From a virus (Duplodnaviria > Caudoviricetes): a DNA stretch of 29,896 nucleotides. Made by a program: the position numbers and the translations under genes. Location of the stretch: the IMG/VR virus record IMGVR_UViG_3300031857_000972, positions 1-29,896 of that record, one strand, 5' to 3'. Below the pieces are notes generated by a model. It saw nothing but the letters and a program-made list of their open reading frames with translations, was not told where the DNA came from and did no database searches. Below are positions 9,599-18,867 of the stretch, one piece after another. Every line of letters starts with the position of its first letter. The first letter of the stretch is position 1.

Positions 9599-9765
9599 TA
9601 CTTCTTACCTTTCATCATCTTCTTTTCCATCATCTCGAATTTCTTCGACTCGCCTTTCTCGTGCTTCTTCATGGCCGACTTGGAAGCGTACTTCTCAGCG
9701 CCGCCATATTCTTTGACCATCTTGTTCTTTGCAGTCCGCTGACCGCGCATTGGCATACCTTTCAT
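9598..9765 (-). CDS. Small Lys/Met-rich protein, 55 aa (not in ORF track)
   Basis: MKGMPMRGQRTAKNKMVKEYGGAEKYASKSAMKKHEKGESKKFEMMEKKMMKGKK; SD AGGAG; ATGA overlap with the upstream ORF. Confidence 0.8.
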   Translation of the reverse strand: MKGMPMRGQRTAKNKMVKEYGGAEKYASKSAMKKHEKGESKKFEMMEKKMMKGKK

Positions 9766-9923
9766 TTCTTTCTCCTAGCTGCTCTCATGTTATCCACGAG
9801 ATTGGGGTAAGGACGGCCAGCCTTCTTTGCTGCTGACTTCGCAGCCGTCTTTTGCGAAGCCGATAGTTTCTTCGGTTTGCCCAACTCTTTGGGGCGGGGC
9901 TCTTCCCATACTGGTTTTTTCAT
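9762..9923 (-). CDS. Small basic protein, 53 aa (not in ORF track)
   Basis: MKKPVWEEPRPKELGKPKKLSASQKTAAKSAAKKAGRPYPNLVDNMRAARRKK; SD GGAGG 4 nt before the ATG. Confidence 0.82.
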   Translation of the reverse strand: MKKPVWEEPRPKELGKPKKLSASQKTAAKSAAKKAGRPYPNLVDNMRAARRKK

Positions 9924-9934
9924 ATATCCTCCAG

Positions 9935-10012
9935 CCAACAGGGGTGGGTGCTTACCGTCTTTCTCGTGACTGTGGTGCGTTCAGTCGTCCAGCAAACACC
10001 CACCCTTCTTGG
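9935..10012 (-). ncRNA. Putative intergenic structured RNA (long stem, internal loop, apical hairpin)
   Basis: 16 contiguous pairs (10005-9990 with 9942-9957, three G-U), basal CCAA/UUGG and apical GACUG/CAGUC; it fills the gap between a stop codon and the next SD. Confidence 0.6.
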
Positions 10013-10261
10013 TCAACATTTCCATTTTCTCAGCGCTTTATTTATTCTGCTATTAGGATCGTTCGCGGTTTTCGCACTGGTGTTTTTCTTTTTGTGTCCT
10101 TCCATCCGGGCACAGAATGAATCCCTGCGCTTACCACCTTCAGGTTGAGGGGCTTTGAGATTTCCACCCGTCGCTTTATTGTAGCTTGCTCTGCCCTTGG
10201 CGTTAAGTCCGCCGTTGGGGTTCTGGCCTTCCTTGCGCTGCCATGCCGGTGTCTTAGCCAT
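10013..10261 (-). CDS. Small basic phage protein (MAKTPAWQRKEG type, DUF6321-like)
   Basis: 82 aa, Lys/Arg-rich, with GGLNAKGRASY and RRDSFCARM motifs; TAATG-coupled to the giant gene. The family name is from memory. Confidence 0.8.
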   Translation of the reverse strand: MAKTPAWQRKEGQNPNGGLNAKGRASYNKATGGNLKAPQPEGGKRRDSFCARMEGHKKKNTSAKTANDPNSRINKALRKWKC

Positions 10262-13200
10262 TACTCTTCCTCTCCGCGAACTTCCGCGATTCGTTTATCC
10301 ATACGCTCTTGAAGTTTGTCCAACTCCGCATCTAGCGCTTCATAATCAGGATAGCCCTTGCGGTACTCGTCCTGCTTAGCTTTTTTCATAGCCGCTTTGA
10401 AATCGCGTTCAATACCTTTGACAACCTTGTCTTGAATAGCCAACGACTCATCGACGTTGTAGTCGTACAGCTTCAAACCCATCATACGGGCAAACACCAT
10501 GCTGCTAGGCTTGGCCCCGGTTATGCCTTCTTTCTCATCAATGATGTCTTTAACTTTTTTAATATTTGCACTGGATACGGCTGGTGGCATAGCGGTGTCG
10601 TAAGCAAACTTCGCCGAATTGAACAACTTGTCCCACTCAGAGTCCGTAGGCTTGTGTATATCTTTGCCACTATAAGGATCGACGCCTAGCAACAGTCCTG
10701 ATATTGCAGAGACGATCGGGCCGCTAGGTGTAATTACGCTGGGAATCCACGACTGTCCGAACAAACCATTAGGCAATCCTTTGGTTATAGACGCAAACGG
10801 TACATAGTCACCCAGCTTGTAGTACACCGGATTCTCGGCGTCGCCCATAAATGGGATACGAATGAACATATGAGGACCGAAGGGCGTACGCTCACGCATG
10901 TACTCAGGACCAGCTTTGCGAAGTTCATCGTCATCGCCATCACCCATCGAAGCCATAGCAGTTTCCAGCAGGTAATACGCCATCATGATGTTGGCGATCT
11001 TCCATGGCTGGTGCAAAGCAATACGGCCTAACACTGGGGCGATAGCGTAACCCCACGAGATAAACGGAATAAATGACTGTCGCAGAACCCGAACAGCTTT
11101 GGAGTCAATGTCGTAGTCCAAAAACGCTTTGCGGGCAAAGTCACCTGCGACACGCAGTTGCTCGGGCGTTGCTGTGGCAGTCTTTTCCTGCATCTGCAAG
11201 TCACCTGCTTTGGTAAGAAACGCCGCGAGTCGGAAGACGTTATCTTCAGCAGCATACAACTCGGTGGCGTAATGATCTGCTTTCTTGCCGATCTTCGTAG
11301 CCAGTTGCACAGCTTTCTGGGTTTTCGACTTCTCGTAGTTGGTAAACGCAGCAAGGCGCTTCATCAAAGAGTTGTCATTACCAGTGTCCATGTTGGTTTT
11401 CCAAGCGTCGTATAGAGCTTGCTTAACCTCAGAACTTGAGAAGTCACCTAGCATAGCGCCCGAGTTCATGAACGCAGACATCATGTCCAGTTCTTTACTA
11501 GACAGTGCTTTGGGATTGACTTCATATAGCGCGAAGATGCGCGCAGCGTTGCCCAGCGTAGCCATGGGAATGTCGTGCATCATGGCCAGCGTAATATTCG
11601 ACGCGACGTTCGTTACATGAGTGCCGGGGTTGTAGACCGTCTTGGACTTCTTGAACCAGCGCATACCAGTGTTGTATGCCTTCAGGTCAACCAGCGGACG
11701 ACGATCCGACATGTCGATCATGGCACTCCACACAGGACCGGGAATGTATTTGTTCGCCAGATCGCCATATGCAGTAGAGTTGGGCAGCTTCACCCAAGTG
11801 CCAGAGCGGCGGTACATACCGCGAATCTGTGGAGACTTGGACTCTTCTTGGCCGACATCCAGCACCAGAGACTCGTCAATTACGCGGCCAGTAAACTTCT
11901 GCACGTCTTCCAAGCTATTGAATGCTATGGTGTCGTCGGCTGCAATGGCTTTAGAAAACTGACGGCTGGCATAGTTGTTAGCTAATGCAGCCATGGTGTT
12001 GCGCATAGCATTTGCCAGTTCATCAATCTTGTTCTCTTCAAGCGCCTGTTTGGCTGTCATACTGGAAGAGAACTTGTAGCCTTTATCTGGGTCGTACTGA
12101 GATAGCCACCACTGACGAGTAGCGTCTACTTTGAAGCCATCAGGCGCACGGCGACCACGTTTCTCGAACTCGGAGATCGACATAAAGCCAGCGTGCTCAG
12201 GGCCCATATCGGGCTTTAAACCATCGCTCTTAAAGACTTGGTAGAAACGACCAGTCAGTTCTGGGTTGCCAGCCTCGTCTTTAGCGATCCAATCCATCGA
12301 ACCTTCGAGATTCAATTCGCCTTTGTGCTTTAGACCAAGGACGCTAGAGAGCTTGCGGGCACCGAACGTGGAACTAGCAACCTGCGCGCTCTTCGACGCA
12401 TATAGCAGCGACTCGGAAAACTTTCTGTTCTCAAAGAACGAACGCTCGGCAGCAGGTAGGTCAGCAACGTAGGTCTTGAACCAATCCATGACGTTGTCCG
12501 CTGTGCGGGCCATGATGCCTTTGTCTGCCATACCATCCAATGCTTTCTTGTTGCCGTCCATGTAATCGAACAGCGCACGCACTTGGTCAGCTGGGCGGTT
12601 CAGTACAAAGTTCGCCAACCGCTCCATCTGCTGATAACCAACGCTCTTGTTGACCTTGAAGTTCTCGATCTCTTCTTTGGTAGTCTCACCAGCACTGAAC
12701 GTAGAGTTGATATAAATCAAAAACCGCTCAAGCGCAGGAAAGTCTTTGCGGATAGCCTCAGCCATCTTACCAGTTACTTTTTGGAAGTTCTTAGATACAT
12801 TGTCATTCCAGTTCACCGCATCAAAGAAAGCCTTGGTGCTGATTGCTGCCGGCGCAACTCGTTTTGTGTACCCACGATAATCCTGCAGCGTAATACCAGA
12901 TGCTGTCTGCGTAGCTTTGTTCGACTGCACCGCTGCCTGCAGGGCTTTGCCGCTTAGCTGCTCAGGAATTTGCGCCTTGGTGGACTGCTCCAACAAATCC
13001 ATAGACGCTGACAACACATCGCTGGCGACATTCTCGCCAACACCCAACATGCGGCGCACGATGGCTTTGTACATCGCCCAGACAGAACGAATCGAGTCAA
13101 GGAACGACTTCGGCGCGTCGCCAGTCTTGATCTCCTGCATGGCGCGGCGGAACTCGTTTAGGGTAGCGGTGTAAGACACCAACTCCAGCACAGCGTCCAT

Positions 13201-16200
13201 GCCACGTTTCTGGTCAACAAGCTTTTGCAGAATCTGCTGAACTTCCAGAGCCTTGCCTTCCAGACCCTCAGCTTTCAGCGCGCGGTCAAGCGACTTCTGC
13301 AGCTGTGCGACAGCTGGAGCTTTAGGGTTCTGGTATACATACCACTGCAGCGCGGCGTGGAAAGCCTCGTGCAGAACGACCTCAGCCGACTGCTCTTCGC
13401 GGTTGATGTAGACCGTGTTGGTTTTGGGATCGTAGCGGGAGCCGGTCTTGTCAACGAATGCAATCTTTGCAGGATTGCTGGACTCAACCAGTGCGTCACG
13501 CAGCGCACGGGCAAGGACTCGACCCATGGGCGTAGTGTTAAAGCGCAGATACTGCAGCACGCCGGGCAGACCAGTGTACTTCTCACCTTTGCCTTGTGGG
13601 TTAACGTAGCCGTTCTTGGCCGCGTTTTCCAGCGCGGATACTGCTTTGCCCTTGGTCTTTTCTTGCATCTCAGACGATGGGCGAATCTGCTGGCTGCTGA
13701 CATCAGCCATGTCAGGCAGTTCCTTCATGAACGACTCGCGCTTCGCTGCAGCCCAGCCGGACGACAATGCAGTATCCAACGACTTGACCGCAGCAAGTGT
13801 CTCTGCCTTGGTTTTGCCGGGAGTTGCCAGTTTGCGTTGTGCAGCGTCTTTCACCACGCGGACAATCGCTTCTACGTTCTTGGCGTTGTTGTCTACCGAT
13901 TCGCCCAACCGGAACAAAGCGTTCTGCACATTCTTGGCCAATTCTTCCATCTTGGCGATACGCTCGTCGGCTTTCGCTTGGATGTTTTTCTTTACTTCAC
14001 GAGCAATATTAGCGCTGTAGTTAAGATAGGCGTCGTAGGCATTGCTAAACTCGCTAACGGCATCAACGACGCGCTGCTCTTTGCGACCGAACGCTTTAGC
14101 TACTTTGCCAGACTTGCGGAAGATGGCATCACGAATGCCCAATAGCGAACGCTGTGACAGCGAGACGCGCCCCGGAGCTTTGATCTGCTTAGCGCCCTGA
14201 ACTTCTGCGCCCAGCTTTTCCTTGTTGACTTCATTCAGGATGCCGGTAATACGCGCGGTGTCAGACTCGCGATCAGCCAGTTCAAGTTCTTCTTCCATAG
14301 CCTGTTCAATCGAACGAGCGATGGGCGTCTTTGCCGGCAGCGCAACTTTGGCTGGCGCGGCCTTTTTTGCTTTGCCCTTGGGGGCAGCGGCTGGTTGTAA
14401 AAGACCCCCAGCAGCCGGAGCTGCGGGGGAAACGGCAGGGGGGCTGCCGGAAGGAGCCGTTGTAGGAACAGGTGTAACCGCAGAAGTCAGAGCTGCTGGT
14501 CCAGCGGCTGCAGCTTGTTGAGCCGCACCAAGTCCCATCGCAGGGCGGGGGGTAGTTTGATCGACGGGGCCGCGCGCGGCCATGATTTGCGCCGGCGAGA
14601 GCGGCGGGGTACCACCCAGCGCTGCTTGTTGTGCTGGGGCCAAACCGCCCATAACTGGACGAGGCTGGCCTAGCGCTTCAGGGCCAGCAGCAAAAAGAGC
14701 ACGCTGGTCGCCTTGCAGCCCGGTAGAAACAGGAAAGCGCCAGATGCTAGGCGAGAGTGGGTCGTTCGCTGCCTGTCGGATTTCTGCCAGAATTTCTTTG
14801 GCTGTCTTGGGTTGTGAGTCAAGCAAGTCTGTGGCTGCAACGGGGTCAACGCTACGTGCTTGACGTTCCATGATCTCGCCCATCGTCAACTCACGTGGGG
14901 CTTGGGAGCCATCAGCTAGGGTTTCGTATGTAAACTGCCCACTAGGCTCGTTGAACGCTTCCTCGAACTGCTGGATATAAGATGCTTCATCTAGTCGTTC
15001 AGCGCCGATCCCCATGCGCTGCTCGATGCCGGCTCCAACTTCCAAAGCCTGCACAGCCTCTGTCATCCGGCGCAAAGCGTCGGTGCGGCGGTCTTCAAGG
15101 GCGATTTGCTCTTGTGTCCAACGACCAATGTCACGCGGATCGACACCTTGGCGCTGTGCTTCTACATTCACTGCAGCAATAGCTTGTGCGCGGACATCAC
15201 GCGGGACCAATGGGTCATCAGACAACGCCGTTTTTAGAGCAGATGCGTTATTCGATCGAGACACATGCGCGCCTAGCGCGAACGGCCCGAGTAGCAGTGT
15301 TAAGCCGGTGGCGCCCATGGCAGACTGTTTGGCAATATCGAACAAGTTCTCTTCTTTGCCGCCATAAGCGCGTTCCACCAACGAAGTGCCTACATCCTGT
15401 GCGATCTCGGTAGACGGCTGTACCAACAGATTTGTGGCCAACCCTTTTGTAAAGGGGCGCAGAACGCCAGTATCAGTCATCTCAGCAGCAACACCAGCGG
15501 TAGTGCCGCCACCTGCACGACCGAGCACAGGCTTGAACAATTTGCCGCCCACATAGGTAGCTGCAGCTTCGCCTGCGCCTTGAATCAATCCGGTGCGATA
15601 TGACGCTTGGCGCGCTTCCTCTTCGGACACACCTTGGGCGATTAATTTCTCGTAGGTGTCTTGCGCTTGCGACGTGCCGAACAACATACCAGCCGCAATA
15701 GGCATACCACCGGGTGCCATCGCCGCAGGAACAGTAGCAGCAATAGGCCCAACCGCACGAGCACCAGACAACAAAGTTTCCTGTACCAAACCACGACCAC
15801 GCATATCGGGCACATAGCTAGGTTCTGCAGCTGTGGCTTCTTCACGTAGTCTGCGGCCTGTCTCAGCAACAGCGCCGGACGGGGTGGGGCGTAGTCCTGT
15901 GGGGGCAGTAATCGCGCCGGGCTGCGCAGCGGCTTGCGCCTGCGCGCCAGCTTCAAAAGCTTCAGTAAGAAACGGCAGTTCGCGGGAGAGAAATTGCTGC
16001 CCTTGACCAATCATCTTGGGCACTTCTACGCGCAAACCGCCAACCAACTGCCTACCCATCTCCGAGACGAAGCCTCTGGGCTTTAGCCCCAGATAATCAG
16101 CAACATCTTCGAACGGTACGTTCTTGCGTTTGCTGTACTCACGTACAAGCTCGTCATCCGGCAACTCCCGCAGGTCCTGCGGGGCGGTTGAGCGTAGGTC

Positions 16201-16221
16201 TGCGAGAGAATAAATTGCCAT
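10261..16221 (-). CDS. Giant internal virion/DNA ejection protein, polyvalent-like, with HExxH domain
   Basis: 1986 aa; last of three ejection-type genes; Gly/Ala hydrophobic N-terminal region, Pro/Ala linker, VVLHEAFHAA and a helical C-terminal region. Confidence 0.75.
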   Translation of the reverse strand: MAIYSLADLRSTAPQDLRELPDDELVREYSKRKNVPFEDVADYLGLKPRGFVSEMGRQLVGGLRVEVPKMIGQGQQFLSRELPFLTEAFEAGAQAQAAAQPGAITAPTGLRPTPSGAVAETGRRLREEATAAEPSYVPDMRGRGLVQETLLSGARAVGPIAATVPAAMAPGGMPIAAGMLFGTSQAQDTYEKLIAQGVSEEEARQASYRTGLIQGAGEAAATYVGGKLFKPVLGRAGGGTTAGVAAEMTDTGVLRPFTKGLATNLLVQPSTEIAQDVGTSLVERAYGGKEENLFDIAKQSAMGATGLTLLLGPFALGAHVSRSNNASALKTALSDDPLVPRDVRAQAIAAVNVEAQRQGVDPRDIGRWTQEQIALEDRRTDALRRMTEAVQALEVGAGIEQRMGIGAERLDEASYIQQFEEAFNEPSGQFTYETLADGSQAPRELTMGEIMERQARSVDPVAATDLLDSQPKTAKEILAEIRQAANDPLSPSIWRFPVSTGLQGDQRALFAAGPEALGQPRPVMGGLAPAQQAALGGTPPLSPAQIMAARGPVDQTTPRPAMGLGAAQQAAAAGPAALTSAVTPVPTTAPSGSPPAVSPAAPAAGGLLQPAAAPKGKAKKAAPAKVALPAKTPIARSIEQAMEEELELADRESDTARITGILNEVNKEKLGAEVQGAKQIKAPGRVSLSQRSLLGIRDAIFRKSGKVAKAFGRKEQRVVDAVSEFSNAYDAYLNYSANIAREVKKNIQAKADERIAKMEELAKNVQNALFRLGESVDNNAKNVEAIVRVVKDAAQRKLATPGKTKAETLAAVKSLDTALSSGWAAAKRESFMKELPDMADVSSQQIRPSSEMQEKTKGKAVSALENAAKNGYVNPQGKGEKYTGLPGVLQYLRFNTTPMGRVLARALRDALVESSNPAKIAFVDKTGSRYDPKTNTVYINREEQSAEVVLHEAFHAALQWYVYQNPKAPAVAQLQKSLDRALKAEGLEGKALEVQQILQKLVDQKRGMDAVLELVSYTATLNEFRRAMQEIKTGDAPKSFLDSIRSVWAMYKAIVRRMLGVGENVASDVLSASMDLLEQSTKAQIPEQLSGKALQAAVQSNKATQTASGITLQDYRGYTKRVAPAAISTKAFFDAVNWNDNVSKNFQKVTGKMAEAIRKDFPALERFLIYINSTFSAGETTKEEIENFKVNKSVGYQQMERLANFVLNRPADQVRALFDYMDGNKKALDGMADKGIMARTADNVMDWFKTYVADLPAAERSFFENRKFSESLLYASKSAQVASSTFGARKLSSVLGLKHKGELNLEGSMDWIAKDEAGNPELTGRFYQVFKSDGLKPDMGPEHAGFMSISEFEKRGRRAPDGFKVDATRQWWLSQYDPDKGYKFSSSMTAKQALEENKIDELANAMRNTMAALANNYASRQFSKAIAADDTIAFNSLEDVQKFTGRVIDESLVLDVGQEESKSPQIRGMYRRSGTWVKLPNSTAYGDLANKYIPGPVWSAMIDMSDRRPLVDLKAYNTGMRWFKKSKTVYNPGTHVTNVASNITLAMMHDIPMATLGNAARIFALYEVNPKALSSKELDMMSAFMNSGAMLGDFSSSEVKQALYDAWKTNMDTGNDNSLMKRLAAFTNYEKSKTQKAVQLATKIGKKADHYATELYAAEDNVFRLAAFLTKAGDLQMQEKTATATPEQLRVAGDFARKAFLDYDIDSKAVRVLRQSFIPFISWGYAIAPVLGRIALHQPWKIANIMMAYYLLETAMASMGDGDDDELRKAGPEYMRERTPFGPHMFIRIPFMGDAENPVYYKLGDYVPFASITKGLPNGLFGQSWIPSVITPSGPIVSAISGLLLGVDPYSGKDIHKPTDSEWDKLFNSAKFAYDTAMPPAVSSANIKKVKDIIDEKEGITGAKPSSMVFARMMGLKLYDYNVDESLAIQDKVVKGIERDFKAAMKKAKQDEYRKGYPDYEALDAELDKLQERMDKRIAEVRGEEE

Positions 16222-16239
16222 GATGTTCTCTGTATCTAG

Positions 16240-17835
16240 TTACCAACCGCCGCCGGGGATAGGAGCCATGCGGAACTTCTCTGGGTCAAGATTAAATTTG
16301 CGCATAACCTTAGCTTGGTCAGCAGCAGTACGAGCGCGCTGCCACTCGTCGGACTCAAGCATCTTGCCGTAAGCGATCTCTTCTTGACGGGTAACGCTAG
16401 TCGCTTCCGCACCACGGAATTTCTTAGTGAAGTCTGCGTCCTGAATTGGCTTGCCGTCTCTACGACCGAAGTAACCTGTCTGGCGGTCGAACAGAATAGG
16501 CGTGTTGTCTTTGTCGAATCCGGCGACTTCAAACGATGATTTGCCGAGCCCACCACCTGCTCCATAGTACTGTGCAGCTGCGAAGTCTTTGGCAGCACCA
16601 GCTTGTTTGGAAAGAATGTCGGCCTGAGTCTTCTTCAGGTTCATTGTGTAGTCGAGCAAAGTTTCTGGAGCCGTAGCTGCAGTGCGCAAATACTTATCTA
16701 CCTCAGCTGCGCTACCTACAAAATCAGGCTTATCAGTCAGCCGCTGGCCAGTATTAGTGTCAACCAAATACAAAGAAATATTGCCTTTCTTATCAACTGC
16801 CTCTTCATAGTGTGCGCCGGGCGTGATATTAGGGTTATCTTTGTGTGCCTGCAAAAGCTGTTTGCGGTCTAGTCCAGATATTTGTTTAGTGATCTGAGTT
16901 TTGGCCAGATCGAGTTCACCTTGGGATACACCAGTCAATTGCTGAATAATCTCGCCACGTGCTTTCGGGCTCATTTTCAGTTCATCAGCTTTGGCAAAAA
17001 TATCCTTGGTAGACGCATTGGGATTTGCCGCCATGAAGTCAGTCAACGACCTAGTAGCTTTAAGGTCTTGCAAAGCAAAGCCTTTTGTCTCAAGATCGAT
17101 CTGCCCAGTGGCGATTTGCTGCCGTAAGTTCTGAAGTCTTAGCGGGGACTCTTCGGCTGCACGAGCTTCTTGCGCAGCCATAGTGCGAAGCTTCATACCC
17201 TCAATCGGGTCTTCTCGCGAAATAATATCTGCATACCGAGACATCAAAGCGGCGTCTCGTGCTTGCGGCGTTAACCCACCTTCGTAAGTCTTACCAAGAT
17301 ATTCAGTAGCCTTGGGGGCCATAGTCGTAGACTCGCCATAACGAGTCATTAACTGTCTATACAGATCAGACTCTTCTGGGCGCTGGCTTGGCAAAAGTGT
17401 AGGTGTGTAGTTGCCCTCGGAAACAGACAGGCCCCGTGCAGGAGCGTAGTTGGCGACACCCGTTAGATCAATGGGCCCTTCCATCGCGCCGCCCGGAGGC
17501 GTGCGGTACATTATGCTTTCTGGCGTACCCAAACCATAGCCGCTGAAGTCGGGTGTGTACTCCCCACGAGCTTGCATTTCGGGATAGGTTATTTGCTGGC
17601 GTTGATATGACGTAGAGCCCGGCTCGATTGTAAATCGGTACATCGGACGACCTTGTTCATCAACCATGGCCGCTTCCTGCTGCATCTGCAGGGCTTGCGC
17701 CGGCGTGTACTTCTGAAATTCTTTTTCCTGCTGAGCGGCCTCGAACTCGTCGCGCATTTGTTTGCGTCGCAGAGCCTCGCCAATCTTAATGCCGGTATCG
17801 AAACCAGATGCCAAACCGCGTGCAAAATTCGCCAT
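16240..17835 (-). CDS. Internal virion/DNA ejection protein
   Basis: 531 aa, no Cys, Ala/Gln-rich, amphipathic N-terminus MANFARGLASGFDTG; SD GGAGG; second position in the ejection trio. Confidence 0.65.
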   Translation of the reverse strand: MANFARGLASGFDTGIKIGEALRRKQMRDEFEAAQQEKEFQKYTPAQALQMQQEAAMVDEQGRPMYRFTIEPGSTSYQRQQITYPEMQARGEYTPDFSGYGLGTPESIMYRTPPGGAMEGPIDLTGVANYAPARGLSVSEGNYTPTLLPSQRPEESDLYRQLMTRYGESTTMAPKATEYLGKTYEGGLTPQARDAALMSRYADIISREDPIEGMKLRTMAAQEARAAEESPLRLQNLRQQIATGQIDLETKGFALQDLKATRSLTDFMAANPNASTKDIFAKADELKMSPKARGEIIQQLTGVSQGELDLAKTQITKQISGLDRKQLLQAHKDNPNITPGAHYEEAVDKKGNISLYLVDTNTGQRLTDKPDFVGSAAEVDKYLRTAATAPETLLDYTMNLKKTQADILSKQAGAAKDFAAAQYYGAGGGLGKSSFEVAGFDKDNTPILFDRQTGYFGRRDGKPIQDADFTKKFRGAEATSVTRQEEIAYGKMLESDEWQRARTAADQAKVMRKFNLDPEKFRMAPIPGGGW

Positions 17836-17837
17836 GA

Positions 17838-18866
17838 TTAAACTTCCTCCATTTCCATGCCGAGCATCGCGTAGTTAACCGTCTTGATGCCGTCGTGCAT
17901 TGTCTCAACTGCGTCAGGGAATACTTTCTCAACATCCTGCGCCATGACACCACGGAACCGCTTTTCGGGGATGTGGATGTAGTTGAACTCATAGATCGGC
18001 AACTGGGTGCGGAAGTGCGTACCGACGCGCTCAATGTTTTCTTTAACTCGGATGTCAGACAGACCTTTGAACCCGCCACCAGCCCAAGCCCCAAGGCCGG
18101 TGCCAACGATTTGCGCGAACGGATCACCAGCAGCCATCGACTGCCCGTACACTTGTCCTTGCGTACTGAGAATCTGGCCAAGTCCTTGGTTCTGCATATT
18201 AAGTCCTTGTCCAATCGTCTGCGCGCCCTGTCCAAAGATGTTAGCAAATTGATTACCCGGTGCCATGTAGGATTGGCCAGCAGCAGTGCCGGCGCCGGTC
18301 GCGCTTCCGTATGCAGCAGTCGAAGCGCCGGGGAGGCCACGACCAAGCCCTGTGACATCCAATTTGCGGGCGTAGCCCATTTGCTGAGCCTGCTGGCGTG
18401 TACCTGTCATAGCGGCGGCGCGTTGTGCTGCCAGCCCCAGATTGGCTTGGTTCTGCATACCAGCAAAGCGCCCAGAAGCAGGATTAACCCCCATCGCCCC
18501 CATGGCCCGTTGGCTCGCTGCTTGAGTGGCGGTAAATGCACGCCCTGCGTCTGCAGCTGCTTGTGCTGCCAATTGATCTCTATACGCCTCGGTATCAAAC
18601 CGCTGGGCTTCAGCAACTAGACCACGCTCAACCGGGCGGTAAGTAGACCGCATATAGTCATAATAATCGCGCGCTTGGTTCATCTGCTCGCGCTGCGCTT
18701 GCTGTTGCGTGTCAGCGATACCACGTAGGAGTGGAGATAGCTCGGCGTATTGTTGCCGACCAAACGCAAGCTGCTCTTTGCCAAGAGCGCCCATAATTTG
18801 CGCCGCTTCCCTACTTGCCTGCGCTAACGGAGCATAGTCCGGTGCCGGTGCTGATTTTCCGCCCAT
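17838..18866 (-). CDS. Internal virion (pilot-like) protein with C-terminal peptidase S74 chaperone domain
   Basis: MGGKSAPAPDY start, Gly/Ala/Gln-rich body, then SDIRVKENI...IYEFNY...GVMAQDVEKVFPDAV...VNY. Confidence 0.8.
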   Translation of the reverse strand: MGGKSAPAPDYAPLAQASREAAQIMGALGKEQLAFGRQQYAELSPLLRGIADTQQQAQREQMNQARDYYDYMRSTYRPVERGLVAEAQRFDTEAYRDQLAAQAAADAGRAFTATQAASQRAMGAMGVNPASGRFAGMQNQANLGLAAQRAAAMTGTRQQAQQMGYARKLDVTGLGRGLPGASTAAYGSATGAGTAAGQSYMAPGNQFANIFGQGAQTIGQGLNMQNQGLGQILSTQGQVYGQSMAAGDPFAQIVGTGLGAWAGGGFKGLSDIRVKENIERVGTHFRTQLPIYEFNYIHIPEKRFRGVMAQDVEKVFPDAVETMHDGIKTVNYAMLGMEMEEV

Positions 18867-18867
18867 A

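Noticed and set aside
9935-10012. Resemblance to hairpin or hammerhead ribozymes (AGAA, AGUC, GAGAAA, CUGA)
   Set aside because: The hammerhead CUGANGA core is absent (CUGAACG) and there is no hairpin-ribozyme loop B partner; the topology fits neither.
9453-10148. Plus-strand ORFs 9453..9716, 9827..10120 and 9948..10148
   Set aside because: Antisense shadows of the coupled minus-strand microprotein genes; their Phe/Ser/Leu bias reflects reverse-complemented Lys and Glu codons.
13225-14145. 306-aa plus-strand ORF inside the giant gene
   Set aside because: Antisense to a well-supported gene, TTG start, no recognisable motifs.
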